From a virus, in IMG/VR virus record IMGVR_UViG_3300003690_003472, positions 96,001 through 160,000 of that record: DNA of 64,000 nucleotides. One strand, given 5' to 3'. This document shows positions 8,354-18,740 of the stretch, piece by piece. The position numbers and the translations under genes are program-made. Position 1 is the first letter of the stretch, and each line of letters starts with the position of its first letter. A model generated the notes under the pieces. The model saw only the letters and a list, made by a program, of their open reading frames with translations, made no database searches and was not told the DNA's origin.

Positions 8354-10159
8354 ATGTCAGTACTTCAAAAATTAACAGAAGGGATTGTTAATCGCGATCT
8401 CAAGAAAGAAGGCGCGGCACTACTTAACAAGTGGGGCAAAACGGGCCTTTTAGAGGGTTTGGGAGGAGAGCAACACAAGCAAAATATGGCTTGCTTGCTT
8501 GAAAATCAAGCCAAAGAGCTTCTTCGCGAAGCTTCAGCCATGTCTCAAGGTGACGTGGAAGGGTTTGCCGCTGTTGCATTCCCAATTGTCCGTCGTGTAT
8601 TCGGTGGACTTATTGCTAACGATCTTGTTAGTGTTCAGCCAATGAGTCTCCCTTCGGGACTCATTTTCTTTATGGACTTTCAGTTCAATGGTGAACGTTT
8701 AGCAGAAGTTGCTAATGCATCATTGTACGGAGGCGGCGTAGTTGGTCAACAGCTTACTGGTGGTGTCGACTTAACTGGTGCAAATCTAGAAAAGAGTTTT
8801 TATAGCTTAAATAATGGTTATTCATCTCCAACTGGTTCTGAAGTTGCATCCGTTATCTCGGTTTGCAGCGGCACTTATCCCCCGGAAAACGTGTGGACAG
8901 GCACCGGCGGTGCTGCTGACCTCTTCGATACTAATTTAATCAATGAACTTCTTGAATTTGATACTGCATTTGTTTCAGGTACGTCCACTGTTGCTATTGG
9001 AACCTTAAACATTACAGGTACCGTCTCGGGGCTTAGCTCCTTGAACAGAGACGATTTAATTGCTGTTGTTGTTTCTGCATCTACTGGTGGACCTTCATCA
9101 TATAATGCTAATTCACTTCAAATTCGTCGTTTGACTAAATATTCTGGTTCAGATGGTTCAGGTAATTATCGAAATGATCGAGCTAGCAACACACTGTATG
9201 TTGTCGGCGCATCATTAGCTGGTGCGACTACTGCAAACGATCTCAGACTGGCTATGCTTCATGGTAGCAATAATACCTATTCATTCCCACAGGCTGATAG
9301 TTTTGCTGGATCTGCCGCGGCAGGTAATGCAAATGCACTTGGTTCTGTTGTCGGTACAAGTCCTTGGGGCTTGGAAAATGACGCAGGAATTCCTGAAATT
9401 GATCTCAAGGTAGATTCAGTGTCCGTCACTGCAGTTACCAAAAAGCTCAAAGCAAAATGGACTCCTGAACTTGGTCAGGATCTGAATGCTTATCATAATT
9501 TGGATGCCGAGGTTGAACTTACATCAATTCTTTCGGAGCAGATTGCTCTGGAGATTGATCGAGAGATCATGACAGACCTCATTAAAGGCGCCACGGCTGA
9601 TACTTTGTATTGGGCACGTTCCCCTGGTCTCTTCGTAAACCGTACAACCGGTGCCGAAGTAGGGGCTAGTGCTAAAGCTCCCGACTTTACGGGTACTGTT
9701 TCTGAGTGGTATGAAACACTTATTGAAACAGTTAATGATGTTTCTGCACAGATTCATCGTAAGACGCTTCGAGGTGGTGCAAACTTCCTTGTCACGTCTC
9801 CTGAAGTTGCTAATATCCTTGAGTTCACGGCTGGTTTCCGCGCAAGCGTTACTGCCGATGATAACAAGGGTGTCGCAGGCGCATCAAAGGTTGGCGCTCT
9901 TAGTAAGAAATTCGATATATATGTCGATCCTTACTTCCCGCGCAATCTTATACTTGTTGGTCGTAAGGGCAATAGCTTCCTTGAAAGTGGCTATGTATAT
10001 GCCCCTTATGTGCCGCTACAAGTTACGCCTACCATTTTTGGTACAGAAGATTTTGTACCTCGTAAGGGTGTCATGACCCGTTACGCTAAGAAAATGGTCC
10101 GTCCCGATATGTACGGTTTAGTTATCGTTCGAGGACTTCTTGGCGAAAGTGGTACTTGA
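8354..10159 (+). CDS. gp23: Major capsid protein (T4 gp23 family) with a central insertion
   Basis: FPIVRRVFG, VSVQPMSLPSGLIF, KKLKAKWTPELGQDL, LSEQIALEIDREI, YAPYVPLQ, PRKGVMTRY. Confidence 0.95.
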   Translation: MSVLQKLTEGIVNRDLKKEGAALLNKWGKTGLLEGLGGEQHKQNMACLLENQAKELLREASAMSQGDVEGFAAVAFPIVRRVFGGLIANDLVSVQPMSLPSGLIFFMDFQFNGERLAEVANASLYGGGVVGQQLTGGVDLTGANLEKSFYSLNNGYSSPTGSEVASVISVCSGTYPPENVWTGTGGAADLFDTNLINELLEFDTAFVSGTSTVAIGTLNITGTVSGLSSLNRDDLIAVVVSASTGGPSSYNANSLQIRRLTKYSGSDGSGNYRNDRASNTLYVVGASLAGATTANDLRLAMLHGSNNTYSFPQADSFAGSAAAGNANALGSVVGTSPWGLENDAGIPEIDLKVDSVSVTAVTKKLKAKWTPELGQDLNAYHNLDAEVELTSILSEQIALEIDREIMTDLIKGATADTLYWARSPGLFVNRTTGAEVGASAKAPDFTGTVSEWYETLIETVNDVSAQIHRKTLRGGANFLVTSPEVANILEFTAGFRASVTADDNKGVAGASKVGALSKKFDIYVDPYFPRNLILVGRKGNSFLESGYVYAPYVPLQVTPTIFGTEDFVPRKGVMTRYAKKMVRPDMYGLVIVRGLLGESGT

Positions 10160-10186
10160 TGAGATAGATTGAGTTTCAATCTAAGT

Positions 10187-10220
10187 AAGCCCCCACTCGT
10201 AAAAAGGTGGGGGCTTTTTT
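10187..10220 (+). terminator. Intrinsic terminator after MCP
   Basis: AAGCCCCCAC-10 nt-GTGGGGGCTT then a T run. A second hairpin TAGATTGA-GTT-TCAATCTA lies at 10165-10183. Confidence 0.85.
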
Positions 10221-10285
10221 ACTTTAAAACTGCATATACGTTAAAATTTTGCGGGACCAATTTTTTGAGATTTTAAATTCTAGAA

Positions 10286-10293
10286 ACTATTTA
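10286..10293 (+). promoter_or_regulatory. Candidate late promoter ACTATTTA
   Basis: Recurrent motif before ATG 10312. Confidence 0.55.
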
Positions 10294-10311
10294 ATTAAAA
10301 GGAGGTTTATC

Positions 10312-10479
10312 ATGGGAAAAAAATGGAAAAAACTTTGGTTAATAAAAAAGAATGCAGCCAAACAAGCAGTAGTTGAAGAGGACACAACCAAGCCAACAAC
10401 TGCATCGAAACCTGAAAAAACACAAGTTAAAACTAAAAAACAGTGGTTTACAAGCAGCACGAAGAAATCTAATAAATAA
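10312..10479 (+). CDS. Small basic hypothetical protein
   Basis: AAGGAGG RBS before ATG 10312. Lys-rich, 55 aa. Confidence 0.55.
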   Translation: MGKKWKKLWLIKKNAAKQAVVEEDTTKPTTASKPEKTQVKTKKQWFTSSTKKSNK

Positions 10480-10504
10480 CATTTATCCTTTTATATCACT
10501 CATA

Positions 10505-10512
10505 ACTATTTA
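10505..10512 (+). promoter_or_regulatory. Candidate late promoter ACTATTTA
   Basis: Recurrent motif before the neck gene. Confidence 0.6.
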
Positions 10513-10533
10513 TAGGTGAGGAGGCTTAAATGA

Positions 10534-11832
10534 ATGGCTGTACCCACTTTATCACCAGTATCACAAGTCAGTGCAGTTACTCTTCCTTCCGGCAGTGTTC
10601 CCAGCGCCGTTGAAGATAGTACGAGTCTTCCACTTGGACTTTATTCAAACACATCATCTGACAGATTTTCTCAATATTTTTGTTCTGGAGCCGCAGATCA
10701 AGTTGCTTATACTTATAAAAAATTAGGGGGTGATGTATTAGACATTGAACTAACTAACGGGAGCATATTTGCAGCTTATGAAGAGTCCGTATTAGAATAT
10801 TCTTATATCCTAAACATTCATCAAGCCAAAAATGCACTTTCTGACGTTTTGGGAGCCACCACTGGTACATTTGATCACGAAGGACAACTTCAAAGCTCTG
10901 ATTCATTAGCGGGTAAAAATATAAATCTTAAATATCCTCGTTTTGAGTTTTCATATGCACGCCGGGTAGGATTTGGTGTTTCAACCGAAATTGGTTTCGG
11001 AGGAGAGGTAACAATATATTCTGCATCTTTCACTGGATCCGCTGGCCGACAAGATTTTGACTTACAACAAATTCTTTCTTCTTCTGCTAATTCCGATAGT
11101 AGTTTATCATATTATGGAAAAATAGATGGCAAAAGAATTAATATAACTAAAGTCTATTACAAAACCCCTTCTTCTATGTGGAGATTTTATGGATATTATG
11201 GAGGTTTAAATACGGTTGGTAATTTAGCCAGCTACGGCCAGTGGGCCGACGATACAACGTGGGAGTTAATACCAGCTTGGCAAAATAAAGCACAAGCCAT
11301 GGCGTTTGAAGATGCAATATATACTAGGAATTCTCATTATTCATATGAAATTAAAAATAATCGAATAAGAATATATCCAGATATGACAACATCGGGCCCA
11401 ACTCAATATTGGATAGATTTTTTCGTAGATCCAGATCCATGGGATGCTGGAGACACAGACGGTAGAGGCGGCGGCGCAGGTGTAGAAGGTGTTAATAATT
11501 TAAACACAATTCCTTTTGAAAATCTTCCATATGATAACATTAATGCCATTGGAAAACAATGGATTCGAAGGTTTGCACTTGCTTTATCTAAAGAAACACT
11601 TGGCAATATTCGTAGTAAGTTTACTACTATTCCAATTCCAGGAGAATCTGTTACTCTAAATGGTCCTGCACTTTTATCGCAAGCACAAGCAGAACAAGAA
11701 AAACTTAAAGAAAACCTTAAAACAATATTGGACGAATTAACTTATTCAAAATTAATGATAGAAGATGCCACCATGATGGATGCTGTTAATAATATTCAAA
11801 AAAGAATCCCGCTAAAGGTCTTCGTGGGGTAA
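10534..11832 (+). CDS. Neck protein (gp13-like)
   Basis: Synteny after the MCP. YKKLGGDVLDIEL...YEESV, KQWIRRFALALSKETLGNIRSKF...G..VTLNGPALLSQAQAEQEKL. Confidence 0.8.
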   Translation: MAVPTLSPVSQVSAVTLPSGSVPSAVEDSTSLPLGLYSNTSSDRFSQYFCSGAADQVAYTYKKLGGDVLDIELTNGSIFAAYEESVLEYSYILNIHQAKNALSDVLGATTGTFDHEGQLQSSDSLAGKNINLKYPRFEFSYARRVGFGVSTEIGFGGEVTIYSASFTGSAGRQDFDLQQILSSSANSDSSLSYYGKIDGKRINITKVYYKTPSSMWRFYGYYGGLNTVGNLASYGQWADDTTWELIPAWQNKAQAMAFEDAIYTRNSHYSYEIKNNRIRIYPDMTTSGPTQYWIDFFVDPDPWDAGDTDGRGGGAGVEGVNNLNTIPFENLPYDNINAIGKQWIRRFALALSKETLGNIRSKFTTIPIPGESVTLNGPALLSQAQAEQEKLKENLKTILDELTYSKLMIEDATMMDAVNNIQKRIPLKVFVG

Positions 11833-11837
11833 AATGA

Positions 11838-12350
11838 ATGGGTGATGCAACAGATAAAAATAAATGGACTCAACCAGCTTCTCCGCCTCCCCCTTTGTTT
11901 CTGGGAAAAAAAGAAAGAGATCTAGTAAAACAAGTTAATGATGAATTAATTGAGAGAGTTGTCGGCCAAGAGATAATTTATTATCCAATAAGCACAGAAC
12001 ATACAAATTTTCATCCTTTATATGGTGAAGCTATCAAAAAAAGTTTTTTAGCACCCATACGTGTACATGCTTTAATTACGTGGGAAGGATATACCACCAC
12101 GGTAACAAGTACTGGTATCGACAAAAGATTATCCATTATGGTGAAATTTCATAGAAGAAGACTCACAGAAGATCAAGATTTATATATTCGTGAGGGTGAT
12201 TTTATTTTGTATGGTCAAGATCATTTTGAAATATTAACTATTAACTATCCTAAACAAATATTTGGCCAAGGATGGGCAGGATGGGAACGTATTTTTGAAG
12301 CCGAAGCTAAATGTACAAAGGCAAGGGAGGGTACTTTCGATGGCAGCTGA
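11838..12350 (+). CDS. Neck/head-closure protein (gp14-like)
   Basis: Synteny. GQEIIYYP...LYGEA.KK.F..P, EGDFILYG..HFEI. Confidence 0.7.
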   Translation: MGDATDKNKWTQPASPPPPLFLGKKERDLVKQVNDELIERVVGQEIIYYPISTEHTNFHPLYGEAIKKSFLAPIRVHALITWEGYTTTVTSTGIDKRLSIMVKFHRRRLTEDQDLYIREGDFILYGQDHFEILTINYPKQIFGQGWAGWERIFEAEAKCTKAREGTFDGS

Positions 12351-13245
12351 TATTGATTCTAAAACAATTGAAGAACAAAATGAACATTTACCAGAATCGT
12401 TGCTAAATCCCTCTGATTTAGAGACAATTGACTTTGCATTATTTAAACTTGTTGATGAAAAAATGAATATCAGAGCAAAAACTAACAAAGGGTGGAAAAA
12501 AGTACCCATCATTTGGGCTTCTCCGGAGAGATCATTTTTCTCAAAAGAAAAAAAGGAATTATTTGACATAGATGGAACATTAATTTATCCGATTATTAGT
12601 ATTGAGAGAGTGTCAATGACTAAAGATTTAGGAAGAAAAGGTAAATTTTTTGGAGCGCCCACTATTTTTACAGATTCACTCCGCGGCGGCAGAATTGAAG
12701 TAAAAAAGAGGATAGTAGGCGATAAAACAAACAATTTTGCTATAGCTCAAAATAGAAAAAAATTTAACAATGTAAGGCGCACACCTAGCAGGCAATCATA
12801 TTATCCATTAATTGAAAAGAAAAATAACAAAATTGTTATTGAAACTTTGAGCGTTCCAATGCCGGTATACGTAAGTATGAATTATACAGTTACATTAAAA
12901 TCAAATTATCAACAACACATGAATCAAATGTTGCAGCCTTTTATAACATTGGGAGGTCACATTAATTCATTTACAATTGAACACGAAGGTCACACCTATG
13001 AAACATTTTTAAAATCTGATTTAGGACAAAATAATAATATTGCTTCTTATGAGCAAGAAGAAAGAATATATCAAACACAAGTTTCTTTTGAAGTGCTCGG
13101 ATACGTAGTAGGAGAAGGAGATAGTCAAAATAGATCAAGAGTCACGCGTCGCGAAAACGCAGTCGAAGTTAAAATACCAAGAGAGCGTGTAATAATTGAA
13201 ACTGGGCAAGAATTTGACCCAAAAAGTGGTTTTTATAAAGATTGA
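12340..13245 (+). CDS. Tail terminator/sheath-stabiliser-like protein (gp15-like)
   Basis: Synteny before the sheath. VPIIWASPER, YPIISIER, PMPVYV.MNY.V. GGGAGG RBS before ATG 12340. Confidence 0.6.
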   Translation: MAADIDSKTIEEQNEHLPESLLNPSDLETIDFALFKLVDEKMNIRAKTNKGWKKVPIIWASPERSFFSKEKKELFDIDGTLIYPIISIERVSMTKDLGRKGKFFGAPTIFTDSLRGGRIEVKKRIVGDKTNNFAIAQNRKKFNNVRRTPSRQSYYPLIEKKNNKIVIETLSVPMPVYVSMNYTVTLKSNYQQHMNQMLQPFITLGGHINSFTIEHEGHTYETFLKSDLGQNNNIASYEQEERIYQTQVSFEVLGYVVGEGDSQNRSRVTRRENAVEVKIPRERVIIETGQEFDPKSGFYKD

Positions 13246-13276
13246 AAATCTAAAAAGGTTTTTGCCATGGTTCACT

Positions 13277-13284
13277 ACTATTTA
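13277..13284 (+). promoter_or_regulatory. Candidate late promoter ACTATTTA
   Basis: Recurrent motif before the sheath gene. Confidence 0.6.
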
Positions 13285-13321
13285 TTACAGAAATAGAACC
13301 GCCTTTAAAGGAGAAACATAG

Positions 13322-16300
13322 ATGTCTTACAAAAAATTTAAATTCATATCACCAGGAATTTTCATTAACGAGATTGACAATTCACAAGTACCTGCCCTAC
13401 CATCAGCAATGGGACCGGCAGTTATTGGTAGATTTGAAAAAGGCCCCGCTTTAAAACCGATTTCAGTTAATTCATTTTCAGAATTCATTGACATATTTGG
13501 CAATCCATCTCCTGGTGGCCAAGGCGGCGATGTTTTTCGTTATGGAAATTTTACTTCTCCCACTTATGCTGCTTACGCAGTCCAAGCTTGGTTCAGAAAT
13601 AACGCTCCCGTAACAGTCGTACGATTGTTGGGACAAACACATTCAGATGCAACACAATATGCAGGATTTGCTGGCTGGTCGACAGAGGCATCTGTAGCGG
13701 CAACGACTAATATGAGCACCAATAACGGTGCATATGGTCTTTTCATTTGTGAGGGCACCGGCTCGACCGGACCTGTGATCGTCGCTGATGCCGAAGGCAC
13801 ATTTGGCGGTTCTGGGGCGCTGACTGGTACCTTAGCGGCTGTGTGGTATTTAACACAAGGTGCAATTGCGCTTACTGGCGCTGTTGCCAACACCGCCAGC
13901 GCTGAAGAATATACAGCTTCATTATCACAATTTTTTAAAGCAGCAGATTCCGGCCCATCATTTAAAGTGACTATTCTTAGCGGCTCTACTACTTCAGTTG
14001 CTACATCTACTGCATTTACTTTCGATCCGGATTCTCCCAAGTTTATTAGAAAGGTTTTTAATACGAATCCTATTTTAACAAACTCAAGCATGGTGCCAAC
14101 TGGAGATACTGTTCAGACTTATTGGCTGGGTGAAACATATGAAGGTTGGGTTAGAAATGCTTTTGAACACGCTGGCTCTATTGGTATTAGTGGAAGCAAT
14201 GTGAATTCTTGCTTTGGAGTTATGATGAGATTATCAACTCCCAATGGCAGCACCGATCATGGTGACTTTAGAATGAGTACCACTAAAAGTCCAAGTAAAC
14301 AATTTGCAAAAACTGGCTGGTTTATTTCTCAAGACATGTCTAGTAATACTGCAAGTTACAGTCCTGAAAGTATGCAAAAACTATTCCGTTTCGCGTCGCG
14401 CGAATTGGGAGAAGACACACAACGCAAGATTAAAATTTCAATTCAAGATATTAAACCTAGTCAAGATACAGAGAATCCATATGGTTCTTTCAGTGTGGTT
14501 ATCAGGAATATAAAAGACACAGACGATGACCCACAGATACTTGAACAATATAATAATTGCAATATAAATCCTGCATCCGATAATTATGTAGCCAAAAAGA
14601 TTGGAAACAAATATGAACGATGGGACGATCTAGATCGTAGATATAGGGCATATGGTGATTATGTAAATATTTCTGATTATATTTATGCAGAAGTAAATGA
14701 ATCTGTGGATCGCGGTAATACTACTGCAGAATATCTTCCTTTTGGTGTTTATGGTCCTCCTCGCTATGTTGGCTTTGCAGTATCAGGAACACAATTAGCG
14801 ACATATGATGACATAACCAGCAAACCATCCGGCGATGCAGATGCCTTTGTCGCATCCGGAAGTACTAGTCCATTGGGATTGATACATGGCCACGTTGGAA
14901 GTTTCTTTTCGTCATCTGTTGACGGTGTAATTGTCAATTCAAAATTTAAGTTTCCTGCACTAAGGATGCGTAAAAGTTCATCTGAAGGTGCACTAACAGA
15001 TTCTAGAGATGCTTATTTTGGTGTTGATACAACCTACAGTACAGACGGTTCAAGATTTGACGTTAGTACGTGGGATGTCTTGCGCACTAGATGTGAAGAT
15101 CTCAATAGCTGGGTAGCAACATCTGGGAAGACTGAAACTTCATTTATCTTTTCTTTAGATGATGTGCACAACGCTAACATTACAAGTTCAGTTGATGCAG
15201 ATTCTTATAGTACTCAGGCTGTTTATCAGTCCGGATCTCGCGAGGCGGGATATTCTTATACTGCGCATACTGCATCTGCAAATGCCACCACCCCTGGCCC
15301 GGGAACCGTATCTTATCTAAATGTAATTAGTGATGAATCTCAAGATGGTGGCACCACGGCAGGTTGGAATCGATTTACTACTTGTCTACATGGTGGTACC
15401 GATGGAGTGAATATTAAAGAAAGTGATTATTTTAATAATAGTGATCTTGAAGGTGTTACAGGCGCTGGGCCCAAAGGTTGGAATAGTGCAGCATATAACT
15501 CAATTGAGGTTGCAGTAGATTCACTCCGAGACCCAGAAGTTGTTGAATATAATATACTTACAATGCCTGGATTAACGGATAACACACTTAACAGAAAAAT
15601 AGTAGATATGTGTTCTCTACGCGGCGATGCTTTGGCAATTATCGACCTTAAGAACGGCTATCAGCCAGAACATGAAAGCAGCGGAGATCGTATCTCTCGC
15701 AAGGGAGATCTCAAAGCGGTTGTAAACAATAAAAAATACACCCTCAAACTTAATAGTAGTTATGGTTGTGCTTATTATCCATGGGTACAAATTCGTGATA
15801 CCATTAATGGCGCAACACTTTGGGCACCCCCTTCGATTGTTGCTTTGGGCGCAATGTCATACGGAGAAGCGAATTCACAGCTTTGGTTCGCGCCTGCAGG
15901 CTTTACGCGCGGCGGTTTAAGCGCTAATCAAGCAGGTGGAATTCCCGTTGTCGGCGTAGAAGAAAGATTGACAGTTAAACAGCGAGACAGGCTTTATGAT
16001 GCTCAAATTAATCCAATTGCTTCATTCCCAGCAGAAGGTATTGTAATCTTTGGTCAAAAGACTTTACAAGTATCTGCTTCTGCTCTCGATAGAATTAATG
16101 TTCGGCGTTTAGTAATTTTCTTGAAAAAGCAAATTTCAAGATTCGCTGCTACAATACTTTTTGATCAGAATGTTGCTGTAACGTGGGCTCGATTTAAATC
16201 TAAGGTTGAGCCATTCTTGTTAAGCGTTAAATCTGGTTTGGGTATTACTGAATATAGAGTTATCTTGGATGAAACCACGACGACTCCTGATCTTATTGAT

Positions 16301-16405
16301 AGAAACATTTTGTATGCGAAGATTTATGTTAAACCAGCAAGAGCAATTGAATATATTGCTATTGATTTCATAATTACAGATTCGGGTGCTTCTTTTGAGG
16401 ATTAA
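13322..16405 (+). CDS. gp18: Tail sheath protein
   Basis: FISPGIFINEID N-terminus. C-terminal YYPWV, APAGFTRG, INPIASFP, FGQKTLQ, DRINVRRL, KPARAIEYIAIDF. Confidence 0.95.
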   Translation: MSYKKFKFISPGIFINEIDNSQVPALPSAMGPAVIGRFEKGPALKPISVNSFSEFIDIFGNPSPGGQGGDVFRYGNFTSPTYAAYAVQAWFRNNAPVTVVRLLGQTHSDATQYAGFAGWSTEASVAATTNMSTNNGAYGLFICEGTGSTGPVIVADAEGTFGGSGALTGTLAAVWYLTQGAIALTGAVANTASAEEYTASLSQFFKAADSGPSFKVTILSGSTTSVATSTAFTFDPDSPKFIRKVFNTNPILTNSSMVPTGDTVQTYWLGETYEGWVRNAFEHAGSIGISGSNVNSCFGVMMRLSTPNGSTDHGDFRMSTTKSPSKQFAKTGWFISQDMSSNTASYSPESMQKLFRFASRELGEDTQRKIKISIQDIKPSQDTENPYGSFSVVIRNIKDTDDDPQILEQYNNCNINPASDNYVAKKIGNKYERWDDLDRRYRAYGDYVNISDYIYAEVNESVDRGNTTAEYLPFGVYGPPRYVGFAVSGTQLATYDDITSKPSGDADAFVASGSTSPLGLIHGHVGSFFSSSVDGVIVNSKFKFPALRMRKSSSEGALTDSRDAYFGVDTTYSTDGSRFDVSTWDVLRTRCEDLNSWVATSGKTETSFIFSLDDVHNANITSSVDADSYSTQAVYQSGSREAGYSYTAHTASANATTPGPGTVSYLNVISDESQDGGTTAGWNRFTTCLHGGTDGVNIKESDYFNNSDLEGVTGAGPKGWNSAAYNSIEVAVDSLRDPEVVEYNILTMPGLTDNTLNRKIVDMCSLRGDALAIIDLKNGYQPEHESSGDRISRKGDLKAVVNNKKYTLKLNSSYGCAYYPWVQIRDTINGATLWAPPSIVALGAMSYGEANSQLWFAPAGFTRGGLSANQAGGIPVVGVEERLTVKQRDRLYDAQINPIASFPAEGIVIFGQKTLQVSASALDRINVRRLVIFLKKQISRFAATILFDQNVAVTWARFKSKVEPFLLSVKSGLGITEYRVILDETTTTPDLIDRNILYAKIYVKPARAIEYIAIDFIITDSGASFED

Positions 16406-16419
16406 AAATATAATTTAGC

Positions 16420-16427
16420 TCTATTTA
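16420..16427 (+). promoter_or_regulatory. Candidate late promoter TCTATTTA
   Basis: Motif variant before the tube gene. Confidence 0.5.
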
Positions 16428-16452
16428 CTTAATAGAAAGGGAGAAAAAAGAA

Positions 16453-17055
16453 ATGGGAGAATTTTGGAGTTCAAAAAAGATAGACCCTAAGCGAAGTTTT
16501 CGCTGGGCATTATATTTGACAAATCTGGATCCATATATTATTAAAACAGTTGCGAAACCAAGTTTCACAATTAATAATATTACTCACAACTATGCGGCTC
16601 ATACATTTAATTATCCGGGTAGAATAACATGGAATCCTGTATCCGTTACTCTAGTAGATCCTGTTGATCCAGACGCTTCCTCTAAATTAGTTAAAATCTT
16701 ACAAGCTTCCGGCTATGCTATACCTGTAATAGATAAAGCTGCACAAATTTCATTTACCAAAGATCAAGCCAATGTGGTGATTGGTTCTCCAACAATCGCT
16801 CAACTTGATGCATCTGGTAAGACGATTGAAGAGTGGGTTCTTAAAAATGCTTGGATTGAAAGCGTTAATTTTGGTAGCTTAAGTTACGAATCTGATGAAA
16901 TGGTAAATATCGAACTTTCTTTCCGTTATGATTGGGCTGAATATCACGGTGGCGACAAAGGCGTTGTTAAGCCTGTATTAACCCCCCAGAACGAAAGCGC
17001 TGGACAGCACATTGCAGACTTAAGGACCGAACTTGGTCAAGTTGCTGGTGAATAG
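16453..17055 (+). CDS. gp19: Tail tube protein
   Basis: Follows the sheath. PKRSFRW, TWNPVSVTL.DP, EEWVLKNAWIESVNFGSLSYESDE...LSFRYDWA. Confidence 0.9.
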   Translation: MGEFWSSKKIDPKRSFRWALYLTNLDPYIIKTVAKPSFTINNITHNYAAHTFNYPGRITWNPVSVTLVDPVDPDASSKLVKILQASGYAIPVIDKAAQISFTKDQANVVIGSPTIAQLDASGKTIEEWVLKNAWIESVNFGSLSYESDEMVNIELSFRYDWAEYHGGDKGVVKPVLTPQNESAGQHIADLRTELGQVAGE

Positions 17056-17097
17056 TCAACAATTTAGAAACAAGAAATTATTAAGGTTTTTATATAA

Positions 17098-17847
17098 ATG
17101 AGTTTTATTGGACATCCAGCACGGTCATTTCAGTTTTGGTCAAATACAAAAATGCGCCCCAAGCGCAATTTTGAAGGAATATTAATTTTTCCAGATCTTA
17201 TATATGGTGGCGACGGCTTAAATAATTTAGAGCCTTTTTTAGTTAAAAGTTTTAGCAGACCAGGATATAATCAAATAGAGACACAAACGTCTGAATATCA
17301 ACTTAGATCAGGAGATTTTGCTAAAATAGATTATCCCACACAAAAATTTAGTACAAAGCCGCTTAAAGTAAAACTTATTGATATGTCGACAGGCAACAAG
17401 CGAGGCCCTGATACAGCAGCTGCTATACATGGATCACTAGTACTACAACAAAAAACAGCTACTTTTGAACACGAGGCAGGCGCACACCAACCTGGCAGTA
17501 CTAAAGACTCTAAATATCTTCAAATGGTAGAAGCATGTAGAGAATATCCATCGATATTTTTTATAATAGAGATGAATGGGGCGGGAGAGGAACTAGGCAC
17601 ATGGGAAATATGGAATCCTGTTTTAACGGCAGTTAATTTTTCTGATATAAATTATGAAGGTGCATCATTCGCAACTATTGATTTATCTTTTCAATATTCG
17701 AATTTTAAACTTAATCATGGCTGGGGCCAAAGAATTCTAAAGAATAAATTAAAACAAATTAAACAAGGAAGGAAAACGCCAATTGCTGATGCGCTGCGTG
17801 AAGGCGCAGATTGGTGGACTAATACAGCAACGACACCCTGGCATTAA
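17098..17847 (+). CDS. Tail-tube paralog (tube initiator, gp54-like)
   Basis: FWSNTKMRPKRNF...VKSFSRPGY and WEIWNPVLTAVNFSDINYE parallel the gp19 motifs. Confidence 0.65.
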   Translation: MSFIGHPARSFQFWSNTKMRPKRNFEGILIFPDLIYGGDGLNNLEPFLVKSFSRPGYNQIETQTSEYQLRSGDFAKIDYPTQKFSTKPLKVKLIDMSTGNKRGPDTAAAIHGSLVLQQKTATFEHEAGAHQPGSTKDSKYLQMVEACREYPSIFFIIEMNGAGEELGTWEIWNPVLTAVNFSDINYEGASFATIDLSFQYSNFKLNHGWGQRILKNKLKQIKQGRKTPIADALREGADWWTNTATTPWH

Positions 17848-17885
17848 TATAAAAACAAAACACTTAATTTAAAAGAGAGGTAAAT

Positions 17886-18740
17886 ATGAGTTCAAGATCC
17901 AATGAAGATCGACTTGGAATCGATGTAGATCTTCCGAAGGAAGCCAAAGATTTAGATGGTTCTTCCTTAAAATTTATTACTCCAACTGAATTTGTTGAGT
18001 TACCAAGTCGAGGAAAATTTTATTTTCCCGATCACCCACTCCACAATCAAGAAGTAGTAGAAATAAAACACATGACAACAAAAGAAGAGGATATTTTAAC
18101 CTCAACTGCACTATTGAAAAATGGCTTAGCACTTGATCGGATGCTTGAAAGCATTATTGTAGATAAAAGAATAAATATTGGTAGCCTACTTTTAGGGGAT
18201 AAAAACGCTCTTATCATTTCAGCACGTGCACATGCGTATGGTACACAATATGATACTAGTGTAATTTGCCCATCGTGTTCAGAATCACAAGAATATTCCT
18301 TCGATCTCGAATCACTAGGTTATGATTTTCCATCCAAGGAAAAACTTGAAGATTTAAATATAACACTCACAAACAATGGAACATTCTTGGTTTCACTTCC
18401 TAAGTCTGATTATACCATCGAACTTAAGCTTTTAATTGCCGATGATGAAAAACGCATGAGTCGTTTAAGCGAACGAAAGAAAAAGAGAAATTTTCCTGAA
18501 ACGCCAGTTAGTGATCTTCTTAAAAACATTATTGTTTCTATTAACGATATCTACGAAGAAGAAACAATAAATAATTTTATTAATACACTGCCAGCAATGC
18601 AAACGAGATATATTCGCCGCGTTTACAATAAACTAGTTCCTAGCTTAGACCTAGAACATTCTTTTTTATGCACCTATTGCAACCACGAGGGGGCTTTGGA
18701 GGTCCCCCTCAATGCTGACTTTTTTTGGCCTAACGAATGA
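17886..18740 (+). CDS. Tail/baseplate assembly chaperone (gp26-like)
   Basis: VELPSRGKFY, KHMTTKEEDILT, two CxxC motifs, ends FFWPNE. Confidence 0.75.
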   Translation: MSSRSNEDRLGIDVDLPKEAKDLDGSSLKFITPTEFVELPSRGKFYFPDHPLHNQEVVEIKHMTTKEEDILTSTALLKNGLALDRMLESIIVDKRINIGSLLLGDKNALIISARAHAYGTQYDTSVICPSCSESQEYSFDLESLGYDFPSKEKLEDLNITLTNNGTFLVSLPKSDYTIELKLLIADDEKRMSRLSERKKKRNFPETPVSDLLKNIIVSINDIYEEETINNFINTLPAMQTRYIRRVYNKLVPSLDLEHSFLCTYCNHEGALEVPLNADFFWPNE

